Shown here: one piece after another, positions 41,091 through 51,246 of the stretch | Numbering within the stretch: the first letter of the stretch is position 1 | Layout of the letters: each line of letters starts with the position of its first letter | DNA from: Candidatus Bathyarchaeia archaeon | Lineage (GTDB): Archaea > Thermoproteota > Bathyarchaeia > Bathyarchaeales > Bathycorpusculaceae | DNA length: 64,000 bases | Assembly (NCBI GenBank): GCA_038727135.1 | Contig: JAVYWL010000001.1 | Location: 576,001-640,000, forward strand | Direction: 5' to 3' | Notes under the pieces: generated by a model | What the model saw: only the letters and a program-made list of their open reading frames with translations | Database searches by the model: none | Told to the model about the DNA's origin: nothing | Program-made: the position numbers and the translations under genes

Positions 41091-42920
41091 CTACTTTACG
41101 GTTACAGACTTGGCGAGGTTTCTAGGCTTGTCGGGGTCGTGTCCCCTTTCAACAGCCATATAATACGCTAAAAGCTGCAGCGGGACAACAAAGGGTATGG
41201 GTGACAAAACATCTGGTATGCCCTTTGGCACCTCAACATAGTCGTCAGCTAACCTTTTGACCTCCTCGTCGCCTTCTTCAATTATGGCTATTATTGAGGC
41301 TCCTCTGGCTTTCATCTCCATAATGTTCCCTATTATAGTCTTATGCGTATCGTCCTTAGGGCATATAAAAACCACAGGGAATCCCTCTTCAACGAGGCTT
41401 ATTGGTCCATGTTTACTTTCGCCAGCTGGAAACGCGATTGAGGGGATGTAGGCGATTTCCATAAGTTTAAGCCTGCCCTCATAAGCTGTGGCTGTGCTTA
41501 TACCCCGCCCTAAAAAGAAGAAGACCTTCGCATCCTTGTACTTTTTCGCTATGCTTTTTACTTTCTCCTCTTGTGTGGTGATTACTGTTTCCACAATGTC
41601 TGGAAGCTTCTTCAGTTTCGCCTCTATAAAGTCCATTTCATCCTGCGAAATTTTTCCTCTCTTTTTTGCTAGTCTCAGCGCTAGCTGGGCGAGAACTGAA
41701 AGCTGCGAAGTGAAGGTTTTAGTTGCAGCCACGCCGATTTCTGGTCCTGACTGCTGGCTGATGTAAACCCGTGAAACTCTTGTTAATGTTGAGCCGATAA
41801 CGTTTGTAAGTCCGAGAATTGTTGCTGCTCTTTGACGGGCGACGTTGACAGCGGCGAGTGTATCTGCTGTTTCGCCTGATTGGCTTACCGCTAAAATTGT
41901 GCTGTCAATGTTCACTGATTTTCCATGCTGTTCGATGAATTCTGAGGCTATTACGGGGTACGTTGCTAGGTAGGCTAATTTAGAAAACATGTAAGATGCT
42001 GCTAGACACGCGTGGTATGATGTGCCACAAGCCACTAGGAACACTTCTTTTGCGCGGTCCAAGAAAGTTGCCATCAAGTCAAGGTAGTGCTCCTGCAGCC
42101 TCAAAGTGTTTCGCAAACATGCAGGCTGTTCATGAATCTCCTTTAACATGAAGTGGGGATAGCCTTGCTTAACAGCCATTTCGGGGGTCCAATCGATAAG
42201 CTTTGGCTCTCGGATAACAGGGCTTAGGTCTGCAATTTTTCTTATTTCAAGACCTTCAAAAGATAGGGTCGCCAGTTCTCCATCTTCGATTATGACTGCC
42301 TTATTGGTTAATGGCAAAAAGGCTGGGATGTCAGAGGCGCAGTAAAGTGCATTTTCTCCGATTCCCACAACAAGCGGGCTTTCATGCCTGGCGCAAACTA
42401 TTTTGTCCGGCTCTTTCGGCGAAATAACCGCAATGGCATAGGAACCATCAAGCCTACGCACAGCTTCAAGAACAGCATCCACAAGCCCAAAAGAAGGATT
42501 CGTTTTAAACGCCTCTTCAATAAGGTGGGCTATAACTTCTGTATCAGTTCTAGATTGAAAGACGTGGCCTTTCCCTTCAAGTTCAAGCTTCAGCTCTGCG
42601 AAATTTTCGATGATTCCATTGTGGACAACAGCTATTTGCTCACCGCAATCAACATGGGGGTGCGCGTTAATCATTAACGGTGCTCCATGTGTAGCCCATC
42701 TTGTGTGACCTATGCCTATGGAGCCTGGCAAGTCGTCAAGGTTGTGGATTTTGTGAACTTCGTCTATTTTCCCAGCATCTTTTTTGATGTAGAGTTTTCC
42801 ATCATGAATTGTTGCTTCGCCCACAGAATCGTAGCCGCGGTATTCAAGCCTTTTAAGAGCTTGATGTATTAATGGGGCAGCGGTCCCTTCCTTTAAAATG
42901 CAACCGAATATTCCACACAT
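41091..42920 (-). CDS. glmS: Glutamine--fructose-6-phosphate transaminase
   Basis: MCGI, EYRGYDS, HTRWATHG, SQSGETADT, PRNLAKSVT. Confidence 0.97.
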   Translation of the reverse strand: MCGIFGCILKEGTAAPLIHQALKRLEYRGYDSVGEATIHDGKLYIKKDAGKIDEVHKIHNLDDLPGSIGIGHTRWATHGAPLMINAHPHVDCGEQIAVVHNGIIENFAELKLELEGKGHVFQSRTDTEVIAHLIEEAFKTNPSFGLVDAVLEAVRRLDGSYAIAVISPKEPDKIVCARHESPLVVGIGENALYCASDIPAFLPLTNKAVIIEDGELATLSFEGLEIRKIADLSPVIREPKLIDWTPEMAVKQGYPHFMLKEIHEQPACLRNTLRLQEHYLDLMATFLDRAKEVFLVACGTSYHACLAASYMFSKLAYLATYPVIASEFIEQHGKSVNIDSTILAVSQSGETADTLAAVNVARQRAATILGLTNVIGSTLTRVSRVYISQQSGPEIGVAATKTFTSQLSVLAQLALRLAKKRGKISQDEMDFIEAKLKKLPDIVETVITTQEEKVKSIAKKYKDAKVFFFLGRGISTATAYEGRLKLMEIAYIPSIAFPAGESKHGPISLVEEGFPVVFICPKDDTHKTIIGNIMEMKARGASIIAIIEEGDEEVKRLADDYVEVPKGIPDVLSPIPFVVPLQLLAYYMAVERGHDPDKPRNLAKSVTVK

Positions 42921-43112
42921 GCTTGCTGTCACTGTTCTCTTTTGTTGGTTTTGCAGCCATGTTAAGGACTGTTTCTGGTAATAAGCATTTTTAAGAGAAA
43001 AATTTCAGCTCTAAAAATTTCGTATAGCCCTTTTTCGTGTTTATTCGTTATTAAAAGCTTAGTTCCTTAACCAATTTTTGATAGTGTTATTAAAAATTTT
43101 ATAAGAGTTCAT

Positions 43113-44267
43113 TTATGATAATGCTTTCCTTGCCAGTTCGGCACCTAGAACCATGTTTTTCAACTTAGCAAAGCTTACTTCCCATGTTCTGGTTCTTAAC
43201 CCGCAGTCGGTGCTCACAAATATTCTACTTGGGTCCGTGATGATTTTGGCGGCGTAAAGTATTCTGTCCCTCACCAGCTCTGGCGGTTCAATAAAGTCTG
43301 TGTGGACGTCTATGACGCCTAGACCATAATTTCCTTTAAAACCGTGGCCCTCAAATAGTTTCAGCTCATTATAGCCTATTCGTGCATCATCTGTTCCCGT
43401 TTGTCTGCTGTCTCTGTTGGCGAATTCGAGGGCTAGTTGGCTGCATTTCCGCAGTTTAGCGGCATATTTTGCTAGCACTTCATAATTGCTGTAGCAGTTG
43501 TGGAGGCTAAAGGTGCAGTTAAACCCTTTAACAGTCTCGTTGAAAGCTTCCACAAACAACTCCATTTCTTCGGCTGACGGGTTTGTGGTTGCTGCTGGTT
43601 CGTCTATCTGAATCCACGTTGCTCCAGCTTCAATAAGCCTACTTATTTCTGGCCTTACAACTTCCTTTATTAGGTCGAAGAGAAATTCTCTTCGAGCTTC
43701 AAACTTTCTACGTTTAAAATCTTTGATTTTGCTGCTGAGCTTTTTTTCGTAGTATTCGTTAAATGTCCAGTCAACAAGCGTGTAAGGACCGGTGAAGGGC
43801 ACTTTAACTTCTCTGTTGGTGTTTTTGCGTGTAAAAATGAACTCTTCCACATAGAATGGTTTCATATATTTTGGCTTATTTATGCAAGTGGCCTTGTTGA
43901 AGTATCTATAGTCAAAGGATTTTACATATCCCAAGAATTTGAAGCCTTCAATGTTTCTGATAACATGTTCGTACATTTCCGAGCGCCATTGTTCTCCATC
44001 AAAAATTATGTCAAGTCCAGCATTTTCAAAGAAGCGAATAACAAACCTCGCTGACCATTCAAGAATCGCCCTTTTATCCTCTGGCGTGCTCTTTTTGCTT
44101 TTTAAAATCTTAACGAGTTCATCTATGCCTTCTATTCTTAGCCTCTGTCCCCAGTCCAGTGCCTCGGCTATCTCGCTCTCTGATAAAGGTTCACCTCTGT
44201 ACCCTTTGATTCTCCATGCTGGTTTGGCGAGACTTCCTATTTCCTGTGTTGGGAAAAGCTTATTCAT
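43113..44267 (-). CDS. metE: Cobalamin-independent methionine synthase, catalytic (C-terminal-like) half
   Basis: TQEIGSL.KP, DGEQ.R, TGPYTL, IQIDEPA, Zn ligands HNC and TDCGLRT. Confidence 0.88.
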   Translation of the reverse strand: MNKLFPTQEIGSLAKPAWRIKGYRGEPLSESEIAEALDWGQRLRIEGIDELVKILKSKKSTPEDKRAILEWSARFVIRFFENAGLDIIFDGEQWRSEMYEHVIRNIEGFKFLGYVKSFDYRYFNKATCINKPKYMKPFYVEEFIFTRKNTNREVKVPFTGPYTLVDWTFNEYYEKKLSSKIKDFKRRKFEARREFLFDLIKEVVRPEISRLIEAGATWIQIDEPAATTNPSAEEMELFVEAFNETVKGFNCTFSLHNCYSNYEVLAKYAAKLRKCSQLALEFANRDSRQTGTDDARIGYNELKLFEGHGFKGNYGLGVIDVHTDFIEPPELVRDRILYAAKIITDPSRIFVSTDCGLRTRTWEVSFAKLKNMVLGAELARKALS

Positions 44268-44273
44268 GAATGC

Positions 44274-45257
44274 TCACTCCGCCTTTAGACGCTTGGCTAC
44301 GCGACTTATGACTCTTATTTTTTCTTCCGCCCTCTCCCAAGGTAGAAATTCTAAATCGCAGTTTGGACAAATGAAAACGTCGTGAACCTTTGACGGGTAA
44401 ACTGACCGGATAAGTTCTCCAGCCACCGTGGCAAGCTCGTTTTCATCCTCTAGTAGAGAACTGCGGGCGTCCACGATTCCTAAGGCGACACCTTTATCAA
44501 AATCATATTCTTTCAGACTTTCTAAACTTGTTTCGTATAGGTCTATTCCCAAGTCGTTAACTGGAAAGTTTAAGGCTTCAGGCATAATTTGTGAAAAGTC
44601 TCCGAAAAATGTTTGTAAGCATATTTTCACATTTGTACCTTTGGCGGTTATCCTCAAGGCTTCTTTAACATCGGCAAGAGTATCCTTGGAAATTGTTTTT
44701 TTAAATGGGTTATAGACAAGGGCTGGATCGCTTAGCTGAATGTATTTGAAACCTTTTTGTGCTAAGTTTTCGATTTCTGCTTTTAGGATTTCAGCGTAAG
44801 TGAACATTAGTTCCCTTTCATCTTTGTAAAATTTGTTTTCCGAAAGCCTTGCTAACGTGTAGGGTGCTGGCAGTATGGCTTTCCATGAAATGTTTTTTGG
44901 CAGGTATTCTGTGTAGGCCAGCTCCGTGGTTATGCCTTTTTTAGGCTTTATTTCGCTTTGAACGACGGGTTTTCTGTAGAAGGTATTGTTGTTAAACCAT
45001 CTTGCAAGAGCTCCCGCCTTCAAGCCTTCCAAGTTTTCGGTGAAAGGCCTCAGCAAATCTTGCCATTTTAACATTCCGTCTGTGATATAGCTTAGCTCAG
45101 CAGAGACTTGCGCCTCTATAACTTTTATTGCTGCCTCCTTGAAGGCTTTTTCCAGCTCTTCTGTGCTTACTTTTCTTCTGTCGTAAGCTCTTGTGGTTTC
45201 GATAAGCTCCTTGGGTCTTGGCATTATGCCCGTCACATAACAGCCAATCATTTTCAT
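44274..45257 (-). CDS. MetE N-terminal-half-like protein
   Basis: G.MPRP, TDG...W.D, RWFNNNTFYRKP, IQLSDP, QTFFGD, G.VDAR, PNCDLEFLP. Confidence 0.8.
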   Translation of the reverse strand: MKMIGCYVTGIMPRPKELIETTRAYDRRKVSTEELEKAFKEAAIKVIEAQVSAELSYITDGMLKWQDLLRPFTENLEGLKAGALARWFNNNTFYRKPVVQSEIKPKKGITTELAYTEYLPKNISWKAILPAPYTLARLSENKFYKDERELMFTYAEILKAEIENLAQKGFKYIQLSDPALVYNPFKKTISKDTLADVKEALRITAKGTNVKICLQTFFGDFSQIMPEALNFPVNDLGIDLYETSLESLKEYDFDKGVALGIVDARSSLLEDENELATVAGELIRSVYPSKVHDVFICPNCDLEFLPWERAEEKIRVISRVAKRLKAE

Positions 45258-45295
45258 CCTCTTTATGGGCTTGTTGTGGTTATCTCTCTTGTTCA

Positions 45296-45319
45296 CCGTA
45301 ATAAAAATTTTAATAACGG
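45296..45319. promoter_or_regulatory. Quasi-palindrome in the divergent met/regulator promoter
   Basis: CCGTAATAAAAATTTTAATAACGG, 20 of 24 positions self-complementary. Confidence 0.5.
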
Positions 45320-45344
45320 AGTGCGCTTATGCATATGGACGACT

Positions 45345-46310
45345 ATGGGTAAAAAACTGCTGTTACATGACGACGGCAAAACGCAGATGGTTAAGGAAAT
45401 TAAGGTTTTCGACGATCCGCAGAAGCTTAAGCTCATTTTGAATAGGTTAAGCTGGAAAATTTTAGTTATGCTTTCAGAAAGAGCAATGTACCCCCTCGAA
45501 GTTGCAAAAGAGCTTGGGATTCACGAGCAAAAGGTTTACTATCATATAAGAAAGTTGATTAAAGCTGGAGCCATAACTGTTGCGAAACAGGAGGAGAGGA
45601 AGGGAGCCATAGCCAAATATTACACGGCAGCTTCAACGGCTTTCGGGATAGAACTGCCAAGGGGATACAAAACCATAGAAAAGCCTTCGTTGATTAGTGT
45701 TAGCGAACAGGTCCGAAGATTTTTCGGCGAGTTTATTCGCAAAGACGGATGTTTTGACGGCAAAATTGTTGTTGGTAGCCCAACCCCTCATGGACCTTTC
45801 AAAACGAGCGCCCGGGATGGGCATTACGCCTCTCACTTGGCTTTCTTTCTTGGACAATTTACTCGAATGCCAGAAGATTTCGCTGTGAAACTTGACGTGG
45901 ATGTTAAGGCTGAGAAAGAGGAGAAGAACAATCTGATTCTTGTGGGTGGGCCTGGAACAAACCTTTTGACGCAGGAATTGAATGAGCATCTACCTTTAAA
46001 GTTTAATATGCAGCCGTCTGAGCAAGGCTTCTTGTTTGGCGGTTTAGTTTCAACTAAGACTGGAAGGGTTTATACGGCTGACGCTGTTGGGCTTGTGGCG
46101 AAAATTGTTAATCCATGGGATAATAGCAAGCGGGTTGTTGTTTTAGCCGGAAATAAGGCTGTTGGCACTAAGGCGTGTGTTTTGGCGCTGACAAACTTCC
46201 ATGAAAAGACGTTGGGGAATTATAAGGGCGAGGACACCTTTGCCAAAGTAATTCAAGGTTTTGATTTAGACGGCGATGGCAAAGTTGACTCAATAGAGGT
46301 TTTGGAGTAA
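45345..46310 (+). CDS. ArsR-like HTH regulator with C-terminal S-layer-C-like alpha/beta domain
   Basis: MYPLEVAKELG.HEQKVYYHI; IVVGSP.PHGP, NLILVGGPGTN, LAG...GT.A. Confidence 0.78.
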   Translation: MGKKLLLHDDGKTQMVKEIKVFDDPQKLKLILNRLSWKILVMLSERAMYPLEVAKELGIHEQKVYYHIRKLIKAGAITVAKQEERKGAIAKYYTAASTAFGIELPRGYKTIEKPSLISVSEQVRRFFGEFIRKDGCFDGKIVVGSPTPHGPFKTSARDGHYASHLAFFLGQFTRMPEDFAVKLDVDVKAEKEEKNNLILVGGPGTNLLTQELNEHLPLKFNMQPSEQGFLFGGLVSTKTGRVYTADAVGLVAKIVNPWDNSKRVVVLAGNKAVGTKACVLALTNFHEKTLGNYKGEDTFAKVIQGFDLDGDGKVDSIEVLE

Positions 46311-46757
46311 ATGCCAAAAATTCGTATAGCAGAGCGGGCGGATCTGCCGAAAATATTAGAACTGATTAAGAGGAATGGAGAGCCTTTAAACGAGGATTTA
46401 GAGGCTATCTTCAATTTTGAAAGTCCTAACGAGAAGTGCAGATTTTTTGTCGCTGAGGAAGATGGCAAGATTGTTGGTTTTTCTAGGGTGCATTTTTATA
46501 GGTGGAATAAGAGCGCCTATGTGATAAATCTTCTCGTTGACGCTGGTTATAGGCGTAGAGGAATAGGCTCTCTTTTACTGAAGGCTATGGAGGATTTTGC
46601 AAGGGAAAAAGGCGCGCGGGTTCTTATGTTTGACACTGCAATAGACAACATTCCAGCCTTAAACCTCTATTTGAAAAATGGCTTTAAAATTTGTGGCTAC
46701 AACGGAAAGCTCTATGAGAATGATAAAACAGCGTTATACCTTGCGAAAGAACTCTAA
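46311..46757 (+). CDS. GNAT acetyltransferase
   Basis: V...YRRRGIGS.LL, N.PA..LY.K.GF. Confidence 0.9.
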   Translation: MPKIRIAERADLPKILELIKRNGEPLNEDLEAIFNFESPNEKCRFFVAEEDGKIVGFSRVHFYRWNKSAYVINLLVDAGYRRRGIGSLLLKAMEDFAREKGARVLMFDTAIDNIPALNLYLKNGFKICGYNGKLYENDKTALYLAKEL

Positions 46758-46775
46758 AGGCAAGGAGCTGGTGTA

Positions 46776-47225
46776 ATGTCAAAGATTTTCGTTAGGGGGA
46801 TGTCTGGGCGTGACTTGGCTGAGGTTTCAGAGCTGGCGCCTTTGGCGAACCCTCATGCAATTAAAGAGGAATATAAGAAGCGCATCATTAAAGTATTGGA
46901 AGAAAATCCAGATCTTTCTTTTGTAGCTGTGATGGATGGGAGGGTTATTGGTTATGTGCAGGCGGGAGTTTGTGGTTCTACGGCGGTTATTGAGGATTTG
47001 GCTGTTGGCAGAGAATATCAAGGTAGGGGTGTGGGCGAAAAGCTGTTGCGGAAGGAATTGGAGGTTTTAAGGCGGAAAGATGTGAGGTTGGTGTTTGCTG
47101 AGGTTCATTATAAATGCGCTTCAGCAATACCATTTTACTACAAGTTTGGCTTTCGTATAGCTGGTTTCCAGCAGGACTATTTTGGGGTTGGACATGACGC
47201 GATAATTCTAAAATTAGAGTTATAA
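46776..47225 (+). CDS. GNAT acetyltransferase (RimI-like)
   Basis: LAV..EYQGRGVG, FYYKFGF, DYF..G.DA. Confidence 0.88.
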   Translation: MSKIFVRGMSGRDLAEVSELAPLANPHAIKEEYKKRIIKVLEENPDLSFVAVMDGRVIGYVQAGVCGSTAVIEDLAVGREYQGRGVGEKLLRKELEVLRRKDVRLVFAEVHYKCASAIPFYYKFGFRIAGFQQDYFGVGHDAIILKLEL

Positions 47226-47249
47226 CTTGGCTTATTGGAAAGGTAGCCT

Positions 47250-47675
47250 ATGCAAATCACCGAATATCTAACAGCATTTGGTCATAGGAACATCAGAGCT
47301 ACCCACAGAACCACGCTTGAATTTACAAGGGAGAAAGAGCTTTCCGTTAGAGGGGACTGTATTGTCGCTGTTTCCGCTGATAAAGGTTTTTCTGATCTCA
47401 AACCGGAGTTTAGGGAATTTCTCCGGAAAGAAAATGCGAGGCTCACAATCCTCATAGAAGCTGACGGAGCTGTCGATGTTGTAAAGGCTCGGGGAAGCCC
47501 TAAACTGATTTTGTCGCATCAGGCAGACATGGTTGTGAGGAAAAGCGGATACATTTGTGGTAGAACTTTGGCGATTAATGCGGATAAGGCGGCTTGCGAC
47601 TTGTCAAGGGCTCTTGTGAAGAGGCTTCAGATTCCAGGGCAGATGGTTAGGGTAACTTTAACTGTTGAGGTTTAG
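47250..47675 (+). CDS. DUF371 family protein
   Basis: GH.NI.ATH.TTLEFT....L...GDCI, V.RKS.Y...RTL...ADKAA.DL. Confidence 0.9.
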   Translation: MQITEYLTAFGHRNIRATHRTTLEFTREKELSVRGDCIVAVSADKGFSDLKPEFREFLRKENARLTILIEADGAVDVVKARGSPKLILSHQADMVVRKSGYICGRTLAINADKAACDLSRALVKRLQIPGQMVRVTLTVEV

Positions 47676-48742
47676 CGAATTTCCGCGTCTAAAACGGCTT
47701 GCCACTCGTAGGGGGCTGTTTCGCGGATGGTTCTCGCGAAAAGGATTTTTGCCACGCTTCTACTGGACTTTTCAACCTCTTCCCTAAATCGTTGTTCCAA
47801 TTTTTCCAACGTATTTTCCGCTGTGACGAAACCGTAAAAGTGTATGGCGCCTCCCTCGGGCTTCAAGGCTTCGCATGCGGCTCCGACGAATTCTATGGCT
47901 TTTTCTGGTAGGTTCATGATGATGCGGTCTGCTTGTCCGCGGAGTTTTTGTTTAATGACTTGTTTTGCGTCACCTAAAATTGGGTAAACTTTTCCCTCAA
48001 CCCTATTCAGCCTAACATTTTTTTCGAGTAAAGTGATGGCTTCTGGGTTTATGTCTATGGCGTAAACCTTAACACGGCTATGAGTTTTCGCTATGAGTAT
48101 CGAGAAGGGACCAACTCCAGCGAACATGTCTATGACCGTTTCGCCTTCTTTAACCATTGATGCTACTCGCTTATGCTCGTTGGATAGACGGGGTGAGAAA
48201 TAGGTTTTGGCTAAGTCTACATGGTACTGGCATCCATGCTCTTTATGTATAGTTTCTGTTTTTGGTTCTCCAGCTATGACGATGTATTGTCTTGTTCGGT
48301 ATTCGCCTTTTATTGCTCCAGCCTTGGCGAGAACTGTCCGCAAGTTTTTGTGAATTTGTAGGATTGCATTTCCAATTTCCGTTTTGTAGCTTTCAAGTTC
48401 TGACGGGATTTCAATTATGGCTATGTCGCCTACAACATCCATGGCTCGTGGAACACAAGCTAATAGGTTGGGCGGAAGTTTGCCTTCCAACAATTCCATA
48501 AGTGTTTTTGGACGCATTTTTCTTTCTGGAAAAGTGTAGGTTGTGATTTCAAGGCTTATGGCTTGTTTTTGGAGGGCTTGCATGTCATCTTTTGATGGAT
48601 TTCTGGTTAGGGGGATGTAAATGTAGGCGTTATTTCTCTGGACTTCTAGTTCTTTATTAACCAATCCTAGTTTGTGAGCTGTTGTTATGGCTTTTTCGCC
48701 GTCAATTTTTGGGACTTTGAGGCAAGGGGCTTCCTTTGGCAT
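47672..48742 (-). CDS. trm5: Trm5/Tyw2-family tRNA methyltransferase
   Basis: D.VGDIA, G.YR, YFSPRL..E, DMFAGVGPF, DINP, DR.IMNLP. Confidence 0.85.
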   Translation of the reverse strand: MPKEAPCLKVPKIDGEKAITTAHKLGLVNKELEVQRNNAYIYIPLTRNPSKDDMQALQKQAISLEITTYTFPERKMRPKTLMELLEGKLPPNLLACVPRAMDVVGDIAIIEIPSELESYKTEIGNAILQIHKNLRTVLAKAGAIKGEYRTRQYIVIAGEPKTETIHKEHGCQYHVDLAKTYFSPRLSNEHKRVASMVKEGETVIDMFAGVGPFSILIAKTHSRVKVYAIDINPEAITLLEKNVRLNRVEGKVYPILGDAKQVIKQKLRGQADRIIMNLPEKAIEFVGAACEALKPEGGAIHFYGFVTAENTLEKLEQRFREEVEKSSRSVAKILFARTIRETAPYEWQAVLDAEIR

Positions 48743-48758
48743 AAAATTGCCTAATATT

Positions 48759-49667
48759 CTACTCTATTATTTTGAAGAAGTTCCTTTCGGTTATTATTCC
48801 AACAAGCTTCTCGTTTTGGACGACTGGTAAGGCGCCGAGGTTTTTCTCCCGCATGATTTTTGCCGCTTGTCCAACGTCTGCTTCTGGCGTGATTGTTGTA
48901 ACTTCTTTTGTGGCTATTTCGAGGGCTGGTGTGTTCAAAACCTGCGTTATTGTTCCCGATTTTAGGTGTTTGAAGACTTCTCCTGAGCCGAAGAAGCGTA
49001 TGATGTCCATGGATGTTACTATGCCTACTACCCTGCCATCTGAAACTATTGGGAGTCTTCTGAAGCCTTGTCCAATCATGGTTTTCTCTGCTTCAAAGAT
49101 TGTTGTTTTTGGCAGTGCGGTTACCACTTTTTCGGTCATTAGCTGTGAAACTTTCATCCCGCTTATTCTGTCTGCGAACATGCGGGCCACATCCCTTTCA
49201 GTGACTATTGCCCTAACATGGTTTTCGTTGTCCACAACTGGTAAGCCACCTACATTCTTCTCTTTCATAAGTTGGATTGCCTCGCTTATGTCCGCTGTGG
49301 TTTTTACCGCGAAAACTTTCCGGTTCATTATGAGTTTTATCGGCTCGTTTATGGCTTTAAAGATATTTCCGGAAAACTTCTGTTGGACTATTTCGAATTT
49401 TTTGCCTCCGCCGAGGTAGTCAACTATGTCAGTGGCTGTTACTATGCCAGCCAATGTTTTTGTGCCTGGATCAGCGATGGGGATTCTTCGGAATCCTTCT
49501 TTCGCCATTATTTTTATTGCGTCGTATATGGGTGTTGTTGGAGCCATTGTTATGACTGGGCTTTTTGCTATGTGCATAACGTCGCCTTCGCGTTTTTTGG
49601 CAGCTGAACCTTTTAACGAAACCGGCCCCTTTCCTCTTAGTGTTCTCCTAAAAGTTTCTCTACTCAT
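48759..49667 (-). CDS. Four-CBS-domain protein
   Basis: Repeated CBS motifs (FRR.PI, GIVT..DI, GGLPVV). Confidence 0.9.
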   Translation of the reverse strand: MSRETFRRTLRGKGPVSLKGSAAKKREGDVMHIAKSPVITMAPTTPIYDAIKIMAKEGFRRIPIADPGTKTLAGIVTATDIVDYLGGGKKFEIVQQKFSGNIFKAINEPIKLIMNRKVFAVKTTADISEAIQLMKEKNVGGLPVVDNENHVRAIVTERDVARMFADRISGMKVSQLMTEKVVTALPKTTIFEAEKTMIGQGFRRLPIVSDGRVVGIVTSMDIIRFFGSGEVFKHLKSGTITQVLNTPALEIATKEVTTITPEADVGQAAKIMREKNLGALPVVQNEKLVGIITERNFFKIIE

Positions 49668-49686
49668 TTTTCATTTCCACGCCTTC

Positions 49687-50472
49687 TCATTTGATTATGA
49701 GCCTTGCTATGTCTTCTCGGTCCACTATGCCTATTAGCCTTCCCTCTTCGTCCACGACTGGAACTCGCCCAATGTCCTTTGAAACCATAACTTTTGCAAC
49801 CCTTATCGCCTTCACTAATGGTTGAACGGCTATCACGTTTGTCTTCATAACGGCTGAAATTTTCGTTGAAGCCTTAAATCTTCCTTTATGGGACTCAAAT
49901 GTCGGCATGAGTGCCCCACTTTCTAGAAGGTCTTTTTGGGTTACTATGCCCACAAGCTTGTTTTTGGTGACGACTGGAAGTCCGGCTAAGGATTTGCCTT
50001 GCATCAAGCGCCAGACATCGTCAATCTCGTCGTCTGGAGAGCATGTTAGGAGGTTTGTCGACATTATTTCTGAAATCGGTTTTGCAAGTTTTTCAGGGCT
50101 TGTTTTGATTATGTTTTCTATGAAGTTTTCTAAGCCTAAGACCCCTTTCAACATGTTTTCTGTTCTGTTGTTTACAACTGGTGTGCACCATTCGTCCACG
50201 CGTAGCATCTCCCTAACTGTTTGGAAAGCATCATCTTCGGTTGTGGCGACATGCTTCGGGTTTGTCATTATGCCCTTCACTTTTATTGGCGAAACAGACG
50301 AGGATATGGTCATGACTGCGCCGCGGGAGACTATTCCCAAAAGTTTTCTTTCACGGTTTATAACCGGCAATATTCTTAGGGAGAAGTCACGGATAAGGGC
50401 TCGGGCTTTTGTTGCAAGCTCATCATCGTAAATGAAGGGGTGTTTTTCATTCAATATTTCTTTGACACGCAA
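49687..50472 (-). CDS. Four-CBS-domain protein
   Basis: LPVI, GLPVV, GRVPVVD...GIVDREDI. Confidence 0.9.
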   Translation of the reverse strand: MRVKEILNEKHPFIYDDELATKARALIRDFSLRILPVINRERKLLGIVSRGAVMTISSSVSPIKVKGIMTNPKHVATTEDDAFQTVREMLRVDEWCTPVVNNRTENMLKGVLGLENFIENIIKTSPEKLAKPISEIMSTNLLTCSPDDEIDDVWRLMQGKSLAGLPVVTKNKLVGIVTQKDLLESGALMPTFESHKGRFKASTKISAVMKTNVIAVQPLVKAIRVAKVMVSKDIGRVPVVDEEGRLIGIVDREDIARLIIK

Positions 50473-50497
50473 AAAATCTCCCCTTTAAACCTTTTTT

Positions 50498-51127
50498 TCA
50501 TTCGGTTTCCAATTCTGCTCTGCAGTCTTCGCAGAGGAATTCTCCATCCACCTCTTTAAGGTTGTCTGACCATCCGCCGCAGCGGTCGCAGTACCCAGCA
50601 AGAGAGGATTCTTCCTCTTCCGGTATGGTTGTTTGAGCTAGGTTTTCTCCCTCTATGAGGGCTCTCTCCTGTATTGTTTCGATGAGTTCTGGCATTACTG
50701 CCAATATGTCTTTGCTTGAGAGGATTCCGATGAGTTGTCCCTTGTAGACTACGCCTAGCCTTCTAATGTTTAGTCTGCTCATTTTTCGTGCTGCTTCGCT
50801 TATTGTTTCGTCCGGTTCTATTGTTATTAGGGGGGTTGTCATAACGTCTTTTGCCTTTAAAGCGTCAGGTTTAACATTTTTAGCAAGAACCCTTGTCACT
50901 AGGTCTCTTTCGGTTATGATTCCTATGGGCTTTCCTTCCTTACTGGTTACTATAATGCATCCCAATCCGTGTTTGTCCATGAGCTCTGCCACGCGGTTTG
51001 CTGTGGCGTCTTCTTCCACAGTTATCACTGGGCTGCTCATGACGTCTTTAACCAGCATTCTCGACCTTAAACCAATTTCAGCCATCTGGTTTTCGCCACT
51101 GCTAGTTTTGTGCGCTTTGCTTTTCAC
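50498..51127 (-). CDS. CBS-pair protein with C-terminal Zn finger
   Basis: VKDVMSSPV, GIITERD; GYCDRCG...FLCEDC. Confidence 0.9.
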   Translation of the reverse strand: MKSKAHKTSSGENQMAEIGLRSRMLVKDVMSSPVITVEEDATANRVAELMDKHGLGCIIVTSKEGKPIGIITERDLVTRVLAKNVKPDALKAKDVMTTPLITIEPDETISEAARKMSRLNIRRLGVVYKGQLIGILSSKDILAVMPELIETIQERALIEGENLAQTTIPEEEESSLAGYCDRCGGWSDNLKEVDGEFLCEDCRAELETE

Positions 51128-51246
51128 TCAACTCAAAATGTAAAGAGGCATTTAAAACTTGTTATGTTCCAAGCGTTTACATCATTTATAGAGGGGAAAC
51201 TTATTATCCAAGACCGGTGTTGACTCTAACCGTTGAGGAGGAAAGC

